Source: Acidobacteriota bacterium
Lineage (GTDB): Bacteria > Acidobacteriota > UBA6911 > RPQK01 > JAJDTT01
Assembly (NCBI GenBank): GCA_965217775.1
Contig: CBDCJH010000002.1
Span: forward strand, 576,001-640,000
DNA: 64,000 nucleotides
Direction of reading: 5' to 3'
The notes under the pieces were generated by a model. The model was given only the letters and a program-made list of their open reading frames with translations. It was not told the origin of the DNA and ran no database searches. This document shows, piece after piece, positions 43,909 through 52,491 of this stretch; position 1 is the stretch's first letter; each line of letters begins with the position of its first letter. A program made the position numbers and the translations under genes.

Positions 43909-45784
43909 CGACGCCATGCCGGTGCGCCTTTCGCACCTGTTGCGGCACTGTTCCGTGGGCGCCGTGGTCCGGGGTCCGGAACATCTGGTGACGGTGAAGG
44001 ACACCTCCCTCTGGAGAGGTCACGAAGAGCGGGTGATCCGACACGTCGAACGGGTGCGCAGCACCCTTCGTATCGGCAAGAGGATCCTGTGTACGCCGCC
44101 GAAGGCCCGCATCGAGGAGGACAGGGTGTTGGGACAACCCATACCCGCCATGCGTTTTCCGGGCTGGACACGGTGCTCCATATGCGGACTGCTGCACTAT
44201 CGTCCCTGGCGGCGCGCCCGGACGAGCGAGACGGAAACCCGTGGCCAAGTGCAGATCGACCCACTGCTTTGTTCGGGTCCGGGACAGGGCGGCCGGAGGG
44301 ATGACGACAATCCGGTCTGCGGCGGAAAGCTGGAACAGACGCCCTGGGTGCTGGTTCACGAGCACGGGTATCTGGCGGATGTCCCCTGGCATGCGCTGGC
44401 GCACCACGACACCAGGCATCCGGATCAAGGTGCGTGTCGTGCGGATTGGACGACCCCCTACCTGAAGATACGACCCGCGCCGCGAGGTTACCGAGTCTCT
44501 TGTAAGGAATGTCGAGCCTCTGGCTCGATCGGGGGGCGTTTTCCCTATTCCGTGCATGAGTGGCCGCAGCCATGGTTCCGCGACCCTCCGCCGAGTCCGC
44601 CGGAGGGACTGGCCTGGATACTCGAGATCAACGACGTTCGCGTCCACTCGGCGGAGACCCGGACGGCGTTGGTCATTCCCCCAGAGTCCCGCATTCGCAA
44701 GGGAACCGTGGTGGACCGCCTGTACAGCAGCACGGAAAAGCAGGCGGAGATCCGGGGGGCACGAACTCGTCTCCAGCGAAGGACGACTCTGAAGCGAATG
44801 GCCCGCGAGTGGGGATGTAGTATCGATGAGGTCAAAGGCGCGGTCGGGGAGGTCGCACGCGGATATCCTCTATACGGGGAACCGATCAGCGATGAAGATC
44901 TGTTCGTCGCCGAGTACCGGGCACTGATCGGAGAGATCCCGGATCTGGAAGAGGACGAGGATTTCGTCACCGAGCATCACACGCCGGCATGGACTGATCT
45001 CGGCCGGAAGCTGGACGGCGCCGCCGCACGGCTGACCGCCGGGGTGGATCGGCTGATCGCCGTCAACCGACTCAAGGAGATCATGGTGCTGACGGGATTC
45101 CGGCGGCTCGGAGGCCAAGTGACGCCTCCCGACCTCACCGGAAAAGCCGAATGGCTGCCAGCGCTGGAACTCTACGGTGAAGGGCTCTTCTTCACCGTAC
45201 GAGAGTCGTTTCTGCGGCGCTGGGAGGAGCATGCCGGTGTCAAGGGGCGCGCCAAGGCGTTCTGCAAGCGTTTCGAAGAGTCTGACCTGCGCCTGCCTGT
45301 GGAGCCGCAACCGCAGATCTCTCCCCGTTTCCTGGCTCTCCACACGCTGGCCCACCTGATGATCCGGGAGTTGGAGACCAAGGCCGGTTACCCCGCGGCC
45401 TCGCTGAAGGATCGAATCTACTGCGAGATCGGTCGTGACCGAGGACCTGAGCCGATGGCGGGGATTCTGATCTACGTCGCCGTGCCGGATACGGAAGGTT
45501 CGCTCGGCGGCCTGCTGAGTCAGGCGGAGCCGCGCCGCTTTCTGCGCCTGCTGAGCGCGGCAGTCGAGGCGGCCTCCTGGTGTTCGCTGGATCCCGTCTG
45601 TGCCCGACAGGAGGGTCATGGCCCGGGTCTCCTGAACGGCGCGGCGTGCCACGCTTGCGCCCTGGTGCCGGAGACCAGCTGCGCCTTCGGCAACATGCTG
45701 TTGGATCGAATCTTCGTCACGGACGTCGACGGTCGTCTACCGGGGCTGTTCGATGCAGCCGGGCGTGCTTTACGCTGGAATTAA
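43901..45784 (+). CDS. drmB: DUF1998-domain protein DrmB-like
   Basis: RFPGW..C..C, GFRRL, WLPALELYGEGLFF, HTLAHLMIREL...GY..ASL.DRIY, EGSLGGL, WCSLDPVC...NGAACHAC.LVPETSC..GN.LLDR; overlaps the drmA stop. Confidence 0.87.
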   Translation: MIDDAMPVRLSHLLRHCSVGAVVRGPEHLVTVKDTSLWRGHEERVIRHVERVRSTLRIGKRILCTPPKARIEEDRVLGQPIPAMRFPGWTRCSICGLLHYRPWRRARTSETETRGQVQIDPLLCSGPGQGGRRDDDNPVCGGKLEQTPWVLVHEHGYLADVPWHALAHHDTRHPDQGACRADWTTPYLKIRPAPRGYRVSCKECRASGSIGGRFPYSVHEWPQPWFRDPPPSPPEGLAWILEINDVRVHSAETRTALVIPPESRIRKGTVVDRLYSSTEKQAEIRGARTRLQRRTTLKRMAREWGCSIDEVKGAVGEVARGYPLYGEPISDEDLFVAEYRALIGEIPDLEEDEDFVTEHHTPAWTDLGRKLDGAAARLTAGVDRLIAVNRLKEIMVLTGFRRLGGQVTPPDLTGKAEWLPALELYGEGLFFTVRESFLRRWEEHAGVKGRAKAFCKRFEESDLRLPVEPQPQISPRFLALHTLAHLMIRELETKAGYPAASLKDRIYCEIGRDRGPEPMAGILIYVAVPDTEGSLGGLLSQAEPRRFLRLLSAAVEAASWCSLDPVCARQEGHGPGLLNGAACHACALVPETSCAFGNMLLDRIFVTDVDGRLPGLFDAAGRALRWN

Positions 45785-45785
45785 T

Positions 45786-46964
45786 ATGGCGAAGCGCCGG
45801 TTCGAACTCCCCGGCGTCCAGGACCTGAGCAAGGAGCAGGAAGCGGCTCGGGCTCTGCCAAAAGAGGGCCAGCACCTGATCGTCGGCGGCCCTGGGACTG
45901 GAAAGACGGTGCTGGCGCTGATCCGAGTCCGGCGTCACGCTCGGGATCGTGACCGTCATGTGTTCCTGGTCCACAATCACCTGCTCCACCGTTCGAGCGT
46001 CCAACTGGCTGGCGAAACGCTGTCTAGCGCCACCTGGGAGAGGTGGTTCGCCGAGAAGTTCCGGGAAATCATCGGCCGACTCTTGCCCAGAGAGCATCCG
46101 GATACACCGGGTGGGTACCGAGCTGTCAACTGGACGGCCGTTTTGGATCACGTGAAGAGGGTGACGCCGCTCAAAGATACTCCGTACCTGGTGATCGACG
46201 AAGGCCAGGACATGCCGCCCGAATTTTACCGGTCCCTGGTCCATCTGGGATTCGAACGTCTTTTCGTGGCGGCGGATCAGAATCAGCAGATCACGGACGC
46301 CCACAGCAGTCGCGAGGACATCGAAACCGAGTTGGGCATCGAAACAAAGGACGTCATTGAATTGACCTACAACTACCGTAACAGCGCGCCGGTGGCGAAG
46401 CTGGCGCACGCGTTCCGGACCGGCGACCCCGCCAGCCCGGCTCCAGGGCTGCCTGAGCGCCGGGGTGTTCCCGCATGGCTCTTCGACTATCCTCCGGAGA
46501 GCGTGGGAGAGATCTGCCAGCGGATTGTCCTGCTCTCTGATCGCGACCCGACCAGGTTGGTCGGTGTGCTGGCGCCCAACAACACCGTCCGGCAACGCTA
46601 TCTCGACGGATTGCGCGCCGTGGAAAGGGACATCTTGGACCATGATCTCCCAAACATCGAAACCTTCTACGGCGACCATCGGCCCGACATCCGTTTCGAC
46701 GAAGGCGGGATCCTGGTGATCAACGCCCAAGCATGCAAGGGACTGGAGTTCGACATCGCCGTGCTGGCCGATATCGATCAGCACTACTATCGACCTGACG
46801 ATCCAGAGCCGACAAAGAAGCTCTTCTACGTCATGGTGGCCCGGGCGCAGGAACAGGTGATCCTGCTTCGACAGAGCGGAGTCGACAGTCGAATCGAAGA
46901 GATACTGCCTGACGATCCGGAATTGCTGCGGCGGATGTGTTTGAAGGAGAGGAACGGGAACTGA
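45786..46964 (+). CDS. Compact superfamily 1 (UvrD-like) helicase/ATPase
   Basis: LSKEQ Q-motif, GGPGTGKT, LVIDEGQD, AADQNQQI, LTYNYRN, CKGLEFD, FYVMVARA; starts 1 nt after the drmB stop. Confidence 0.85.
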   Translation: MAKRRFELPGVQDLSKEQEAARALPKEGQHLIVGGPGTGKTVLALIRVRRHARDRDRHVFLVHNHLLHRSSVQLAGETLSSATWERWFAEKFREIIGRLLPREHPDTPGGYRAVNWTAVLDHVKRVTPLKDTPYLVIDEGQDMPPEFYRSLVHLGFERLFVAADQNQQITDAHSSREDIETELGIETKDVIELTYNYRNSAPVAKLAHAFRTGDPASPAPGLPERRGVPAWLFDYPPESVGEICQRIVLLSDRDPTRLVGVLAPNNTVRQRYLDGLRAVERDILDHDLPNIETFYGDHRPDIRFDEGGILVINAQACKGLEFDIAVLADIDQHYYRPDDPEPTKKLFYVMVARAQEQVILLRQSGVDSRIEEILPDDPELLRRMCLKERNGN

Positions 46965-48571
46965 TGACTCAGCGTAATCTGTTGAGTGACCCTGCACGAC
47001 CGCCCGAATCCGCCACGCCAGGGACAGCACCGGCAGCCGGTTACCTGGTCACCAATCACCTGAATCTGATGTACATGTTGGGCTCGGGTCTGGTGCTGCC
47101 GCGCACCGGTTTCGGGGACAAGTACTATCAGGACACCCTCCAATGTTGCCCGGGCTGGATCCCATTGTTCACCGGCAGACCCTTGAGCGCAGCCATTGCC
47201 GGCTCCCTGTCCGAGGCGAAGCACCTCAGACCCTGCATTGTCAGGATCTCTCTCAAGGGGTTTTCCGGGCGGATCGTGGCTCTGGGCTCGGGAGACCTGC
47301 GGGAACGCCGGTTCCCCGACGACGTGGGTAAGCCTGAGCTGCTGTTTTTGCCCGCGCCGCTACCGACGTCTTCGATCGAGAGGATCCTGTTTCGATCGGT
47401 GGAAGAGCGAAAGGCGTGCGAGACGGAGGCTCGGGATTTCGGCAACGTGCCCTGGGCCGAGTTCACGACCAGAACGGACAGAAGGCGGTTCTCGAACGCC
47501 TCGAACGCACCCTGGCCTCCGCAACGAGCACCTGCGCCTCGGGATGTGCCACTAGGTCCGCCCCAGGCCGCCGGCGGCATGATGGCGATGCTGCGGCTGA
47601 TAGGCAGCAAATGCGCGAACGAAATGCCCGCGACCGAAGAGCCCCTGGCCGTTGCCGCCTGTCGCCTGGCCTTCGATCCGCCTCCGGAACCCGCGCCCGA
47701 GCTGGCGGGCACGATTCTTGCAGGACTCGGATCATGGATGCGCTCCGGGGGTGAGGTGGGGTTGGCAATGGAGTCCACTTCCGCCGCCGCCGGCCGGAAT
47801 GCATGGCGACGGTTGTTCTGGGGCGCGGCCGGCCGACTCGCGCAGGAGATGGGCGCGGATGGCGGGACTGACTCGGCTAGCGCGCTGCTCGAATACTTCG
47901 GCGACGCCTCGACGCAGATTTCATCCAAATTGAGGGAGCGTGTCCGAAGGCTAAGGAACGACCTCGAGTCCCTGACCGGACTGGGGAAGTTCCGAACTTC
48001 GGAGCTCTGGGAGAAGTATGCGACCCCGCTGCCTCGGGCGATGTCGCTGCTGTTTCTTCGACGGACCTGTACCGAGCTGTTGGAAGTCCAGGCTCCGGAA
48101 CTGAGGGACGAAGACTGGGTGGCGGCTGCCGTGCTGTTCGGCGCCCGTTCCGGATGGCTGGCTTTGCCGCTGTCCTTGCGGGGTGGCCCGGCGGCTTCCC
48201 GGGCAGTCTCCCACCGCATGGCTGCCCTGAGCCATCGAATGGCCGCCACCGGCTTCGACCTGGGACCGCCGCCGGAACGGCCGAAACCCCTTGCCGAATG
48301 GTTTCTCGGCAGTTGGAGTGCCCGCCAGGTTTCCGCTGCCCTGGAGTTGGCCCGGACACAAGGATGGGACTGTCTTGAGACGCGGGTGAAATTGGGGTAT
48401 GGCGATTATCGTCTGGAAGTCTCACGGGGTGGAACCGAGATCGTGTTCCAAGGCGAAGCCAAGGGCCTTGAAACGGTAGTTGACAGAGACCGTTTCCTGA
48501 ATCTGCTCGCGAGGGAAGCAATCATCAATCCGAAGATCGAGGAGCGCTTGGTACAGAAATTGAAGCGCTGA
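46964..48571 (+). CDS. Hypothetical protein; N-terminus possibly a DarT-like ADP-ribosyltransferase fold
   Basis: TGATG coupling with the helicase gene; YLVTNHLNLMYMLGSGL, WIPLF, PCIVRISL, ELLFLPAPLP..SIERILFRS. The ORF is solid; the domain call is tentative. Confidence 0.75.
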   Translation: MTQRNLLSDPARPPESATPGTAPAAGYLVTNHLNLMYMLGSGLVLPRTGFGDKYYQDTLQCCPGWIPLFTGRPLSAAIAGSLSEAKHLRPCIVRISLKGFSGRIVALGSGDLRERRFPDDVGKPELLFLPAPLPTSSIERILFRSVEERKACETEARDFGNVPWAEFTTRTDRRRFSNASNAPWPPQRAPAPRDVPLGPPQAAGGMMAMLRLIGSKCANEMPATEEPLAVAACRLAFDPPPEPAPELAGTILAGLGSWMRSGGEVGLAMESTSAAAGRNAWRRLFWGAAGRLAQEMGADGGTDSASALLEYFGDASTQISSKLRERVRRLRNDLESLTGLGKFRTSELWEKYATPLPRAMSLLFLRRTCTELLEVQAPELRDEDWVAAAVLFGARSGWLALPLSLRGGPAASRAVSHRMAALSHRMAATGFDLGPPPERPKPLAEWFLGSWSARQVSAALELARTQGWDCLETRVKLGYGDYRLEVSRGGTEIVFQGEAKGLETVVDRDRFLNLLAREAIINPKIEERLVQKLKR

Positions 48572-48644
48572 ACCCATTTCGATCATTCGACCTTTTCAGA
48601 GGCATCTTGCTGGCCTGAACGGTATGGGGAAATAGTCCTCAGAA

Positions 48645-48674
48645 TTGACAATGCCGCCCGGATTGGTTTAAAAA
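48645..48674 (+). promoter_or_regulatory. Sigma70-type promoter for tRNA-Glu
   Basis: Perfect TTGACA at 48645-48650 and an A/T-rich TTAAAA/TAAAAA 17-18 nt later. Confidence 0.55.
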
Positions 48675-48690
48675 ACCGTCATCGTCGGGT

Positions 48691-48766
48691 GGCCCCATCG
48701 TCTAGTGGCCTAGGACGCCGCCCTCTCAAGGCGGTAACACGGGTTCGACTCCCGTTGGGGCTACCA
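48691..48766 (+). tRNA. tRNA-Glu (CTC)
   Basis: GGCCCCA/TGGGGCT acceptor stem, anticodon arm CCGCC-CTCTCAA-GGCGG, GGTTCGACTCC T-loop, encoded CCA. Confidence 0.96.
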
Positions 48767-48856
48767 TCTCTCCCTCCGGAAAAACGGATACGCGAGTCGA
48801 GGTGGGATGCATCCACTTTCCGCGCCGGCACTTCGAACGCCGTGTAGGATGAAACG

Positions 48857-50356
48857 ATGAAGCTTCGCGTGATGGTGACCTGTCTATTGGTTTTACTCTG
48901 GGTCCACGTCTCTCCGGCTCAAACCGCCCGGGAGGGTGATCCGCTGGAACTGGGCTCGCGCCTGGAGCTGTTCGTTGACGACACCCTGATCGAATCCATG
49001 CGGGGCGTGGAGTTGAAACTCCATCCCCCCCGTTCGGCCGGCAAGGTCCTCTCTTTCGATCGCCCTTGGGAAGGAAGCACGAGCGACTACATTTCCGTCT
49101 TCAAGGATGGCGACCTGTATCGCATGTACTACCGTGGCAGCACTCATGCCGCCAAGGGTCTGACCGTCGTCTCCATGCTGGAGCCGGGAGAAACCGTCAC
49201 TCCCGACCATCCGGAGTGGACCTGTTACGCCGAGAGCCGGGACGGAATCCACTGGACCCGCCCCTCTCTGGGCCTTTTCGAGTTCAATGGATCCAAGGAC
49301 AACAACATCGTCTGGACCGGGGCGCATGGAGACGCGTCCCATTGCTTCATGGCGTTCAAGGACGGGAATCTCCGGGCGCCGGGCGATCAACGTTACAAGG
49401 CCCTGGCCAGCTACCACACTCCGGGTCTGAAGCACGTCATGGGAGTCGTATCTGCCGACGGGATCCACTGGCGACTCATCCAGGACGAGCCCCTCATCAC
49501 ACAGAAGGTGGACTGGGGAGGCGACCTGGCCTTCTGGGACTCGGAACGGGAGGAATACGTCGCCTATCTCCGGGGCCTCCGGGACCAGAGGGTCCGGGAG
49601 GTCGTGAGGTCCACATCCCCCGACTTCATCCACTGGACCCCACCCGAGTACATCGATGTGGGGGACACTCCTCCGGAGCACTTCTATACGAACGCCGCGA
49701 ACCCCTATTTTCGAGCTCCCCACATCTTTTTGGCTTTCCCCCGGCGCATGGTTCCCTGGCGCACTCTGGAACCCTTCCGGTCCCAGCGGTACGCTGGAGC
49801 GTCGGACGTGGTTCTCCTCAGTAGCCGCGATGGACAGCGGTGGCATCGGACCTTCATGGAGGCCTTCATCCGGCCCGGCCGCCACGTCCGGAACTGGATT
49901 CATCGCGCCAACACGCCGGCGACCGGTCTGGTGGCGACCGCGCCGGACGAGATTTCCCTCTACGTGCAGCGGCACTACACTTTCCCCAGCGTTCACCTGG
50001 AGCGGTTCGTACTGCGCACCGACGGCTTCGCCTCCGTGAATGCCGGCGCCGCGGAAGGTGAATTCCTGACCAAACCGCTGATCTTCGAAGGCGACTCCCT
50101 GATCCTAAATTTTGCGACCTCCGCCGCCGGAAGCATTCAGGTCGAGATCCAGGACCTGTACGGCAATCCGATGCCGGGTTTCGCCCTGGAGGAATCGCCC
50201 ATCTTGTGGGGGGATGAAATCGACCACGAGGTCCAGTGGGACCGGAGCCGGTCCCGGAAAACCTCCGAACAATTGATGCGGAGGATCTCGGGAGACCCGG
50301 TGAGATTGCGCTTCGTGTTGAAGGACGCGGATCTCTATTCCTTGAAGTTTCGATAG
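48857..50356 (+). CDS. Secreted beta-propeller glycoside hydrolase-like protein (GH32/43/130-like clan)
   Basis: Signal peptide; RELFVDD-like LELFVDD, YAESRDGIHW, SADGIHW, SRDGQRW, LRTDGFAS, DADLYSLKF. Confidence 0.7.
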   Translation: MKLRVMVTCLLVLLWVHVSPAQTAREGDPLELGSRLELFVDDTLIESMRGVELKLHPPRSAGKVLSFDRPWEGSTSDYISVFKDGDLYRMYYRGSTHAAKGLTVVSMLEPGETVTPDHPEWTCYAESRDGIHWTRPSLGLFEFNGSKDNNIVWTGAHGDASHCFMAFKDGNLRAPGDQRYKALASYHTPGLKHVMGVVSADGIHWRLIQDEPLITQKVDWGGDLAFWDSEREEYVAYLRGLRDQRVREVVRSTSPDFIHWTPPEYIDVGDTPPEHFYTNAANPYFRAPHIFLAFPRRMVPWRTLEPFRSQRYAGASDVVLLSSRDGQRWHRTFMEAFIRPGRHVRNWIHRANTPATGLVATAPDEISLYVQRHYTFPSVHLERFVLRTDGFASVNAGAAEGEFLTKPLIFEGDSLILNFATSAAGSIQVEIQDLYGNPMPGFALEESPILWGDEIDHEVQWDRSRSRKTSEQLMRRISGDPVRLRFVLKDADLYSLKFR

Positions 50357-50448
50357 AATCTTCCCTCTGGCCGGTCTGAAGTCGAGTGCGCTGCCAGGAC
50401 GAATTCTCAATTGGCACGGACGGTCAACTACCGAGGAACACTGCCCAA

Positions 50449-52110
50449 ATGAACACGAAACGCCGCTTCAAATCGATTCTGGTGGGGATGGTCTGCAGTC
50501 TCTCGTGGGGGATATCCCTGTCCCAGAGTGACTCCTCCCCGGTGGTGACGCATATCTTCACCGATTGGACCAAGGTGGATCCGGGAAATGCCATCTTTCC
50601 CGTCGATCTGACCTATGTGGACGAACACGACCGGCAACTGATCGCCAAAGTGCGCGACTACTACAAGGCCACCATGTACATCTCCGAAGGACCCACTGCT
50701 TCCCGGAGAATAAGGGCCGCCAGTGGCGTGAAGATCGGCATCGAGAAGGGACGGCTGGTCGGTCCCTGGCTCAAACCGGAGAAACCTTGGGAAAGAAGCG
50801 GCATCGGGCCTAAGACCGTGCTCCACGAGGACGGCCGCTACCGTCTCTGGTATGGCTGCGGCTGGACCGTACGAGACCGCGCAGTGGTGGCCCCTGACGG
50901 CCGCTTGAAACTGGGATCGGACGGAGGAGGCTCCGGGGTGTGCTATGCGGAGTCCGGGGACGGCCTGAACTGGAAACGAGTCTCCATGGGAATGCTGGAG
51001 TTCGAGGGAAGCCGGGACAACAATCTGATTGCCTTCGACGGTCTGGCCGGAATCAACGGTCACATCTTCGTCGATCCCAACGCTCCTCCCGAGGAGCGGT
51101 ACAAGACCACCAGCCTCACCAATATCCGGTTGTTCAAGCCGGATGCCAAAAGCATGGGGGGCATCCTGGGAGCGGCCGTCTCTCCTGACGGGATCCATTG
51201 GAAACGCCTTCCGGAACCGCTCTGGGACACGTATTTCAACAATGACGGTGTTCCCAGCATCTACTTCGACGGCAAGTTGAAAAAGTACGTGATGCTGATG
51301 CGGCAGAACTATCCTCGCCGCCGCAGCATCGCCCGAGCCGAGACCTCGGATTTCCGCCGGTGGCCCCATCCCAACCTGGTCCTGACTCCCGGACCCGAAG
51401 AGTCGCCTTCCGACGACTTCTACAACAACACCTACCTCCACTACCCGGGGACGGAGAACACCCACCTCATGGTGGCCTCCGTCTACCATCGGGACACGAG
51501 CCTGGTCGACCTGCGGCTGGCCACGAGCCTCGACGGCGTCGTCTGGAATTGGGTGAGCCGTGAATCCATCGTGGAGTTGGGCAAGCCGGGGGGATGGGCC
51601 GGCGGCTCCATGTACGCCGTCTCCTCCATGGTGCAACTGCCCGACGGCCGGATGGCGGTTCCCATCGTCGGAAGCAGTTGGTCCCACAACGAGTGGTGGA
51701 AGGTCCGTTTCCAGAAGGATCGCGAGTGGCCTCGGGGAATCGGTTGGGCCACCTGGGAGGATGGCCGTCTGGCCGGTATCGAGGCCGCGCAGGAGGGCCA
51801 GTTCACGACCCAGCGCTTTCGCTTCCAGGGCAAACCGGTGGAGGTCAACCTCAGGACTCACGGTGATTCCGGATCAGTGGCCGTCGAACTGATGGTGGAG
51901 AGGGATCCGGACCGGAAAGTCTACCGGGCTCAACCCATTTCGGGGAACCGTCATTGGGTGCCCCTGGTCTGGAAGGGGGGCGAGGGAATTCCGCAGTTGG
52001 CCGGTAAGACCGTGCGTCTCCACTTTCGGCTCTTCAACGCCAAGGTCTTCGGTTTTCGCAGCGAAGGGATGGTTGCCGTCGATCCCCTCCGGAGGCCGAA
52101 GAGGGACTGA
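50449..52110 (+). CDS. Secreted beta-propeller glycoside hydrolase-like protein (distant paralog)
   Basis: Signal peptide; PEKPWE, YAESGDGLNW, SPDGIHW, SLDGVVW, P..PPEERYK. Confidence 0.68.
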   Translation: MNTKRRFKSILVGMVCSLSWGISLSQSDSSPVVTHIFTDWTKVDPGNAIFPVDLTYVDEHDRQLIAKVRDYYKATMYISEGPTASRRIRAASGVKIGIEKGRLVGPWLKPEKPWERSGIGPKTVLHEDGRYRLWYGCGWTVRDRAVVAPDGRLKLGSDGGGSGVCYAESGDGLNWKRVSMGMLEFEGSRDNNLIAFDGLAGINGHIFVDPNAPPEERYKTTSLTNIRLFKPDAKSMGGILGAAVSPDGIHWKRLPEPLWDTYFNNDGVPSIYFDGKLKKYVMLMRQNYPRRRSIARAETSDFRRWPHPNLVLTPGPEESPSDDFYNNTYLHYPGTENTHLMVASVYHRDTSLVDLRLATSLDGVVWNWVSRESIVELGKPGGWAGGSMYAVSSMVQLPDGRMAVPIVGSSWSHNEWWKVRFQKDREWPRGIGWATWEDGRLAGIEAAQEGQFTTQRFRFQGKPVEVNLRTHGDSGSVAVELMVERDPDRKVYRAQPISGNRHWVPLVWKGGEGIPQLAGKTVRLHFRLFNAKVFGFRSEGMVAVDPLRRPKRD

Positions 52111-52146
52111 CCGCCCTACGAATTCCCGGAAACGGGAAGCAGGACC

Positions 52147-52385
52147 TTAACCCGCATTTCTCGTGCGCCGTGGAAAGGCGCTTTCTCCTAGCGGGTGCGA
52201 AACCCGCCCGCCGGGATGCAGGGACGGTCGAATGCCGTGATGACTTTTGCCACGGGCTGCTACACCAAGTCGCTACGCGTCTGATGAAAAAGGATCTGTT
52301 TTTGAGTATTTACGCGAATCTTTCCAAGGTTTCTCCGGGACAGACTGCGCGCTCGTCACGCCCCCTGGTGAGAAATGCGGGCTAG
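52147..52385. mobile_element. MITE-like element with 16-bp imperfect TIRs, containing one end of the 17233 repeat family
   Basis: Left TTAACCCGCATTTCTC; reverse complement of right end CTAGCCCGCATTTCTC (12-bp perfect core); 52208-52262 matches 17234-17288 inverted. Confidence 0.65.
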
Positions 52386-52491
52386 TGCCAATGGAAGTCT
52401 ACATGCACATTTTAAAGGGGGAATAAAGAGTCCATTAGATGTCATTTTAGGGTCCGAGTGTGGCCGAGACCTGTGACCTGGTGGATCGGAT

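Noticed and set aside
40690-48571. Canonical class I or class II DISARM
   Set aside because: No methyltransferase motifs, no HKD PLD nuclease and no SNF2 DrmD or DrmE in or next to the cassette.
40549-48790. Integrative element with att repeats around the drmAB cassette
   Set aside because: No integrase is present, the cassette lies on the 5' side of tRNA-Glu, and I found no duplicated tRNA 3' end by eye.
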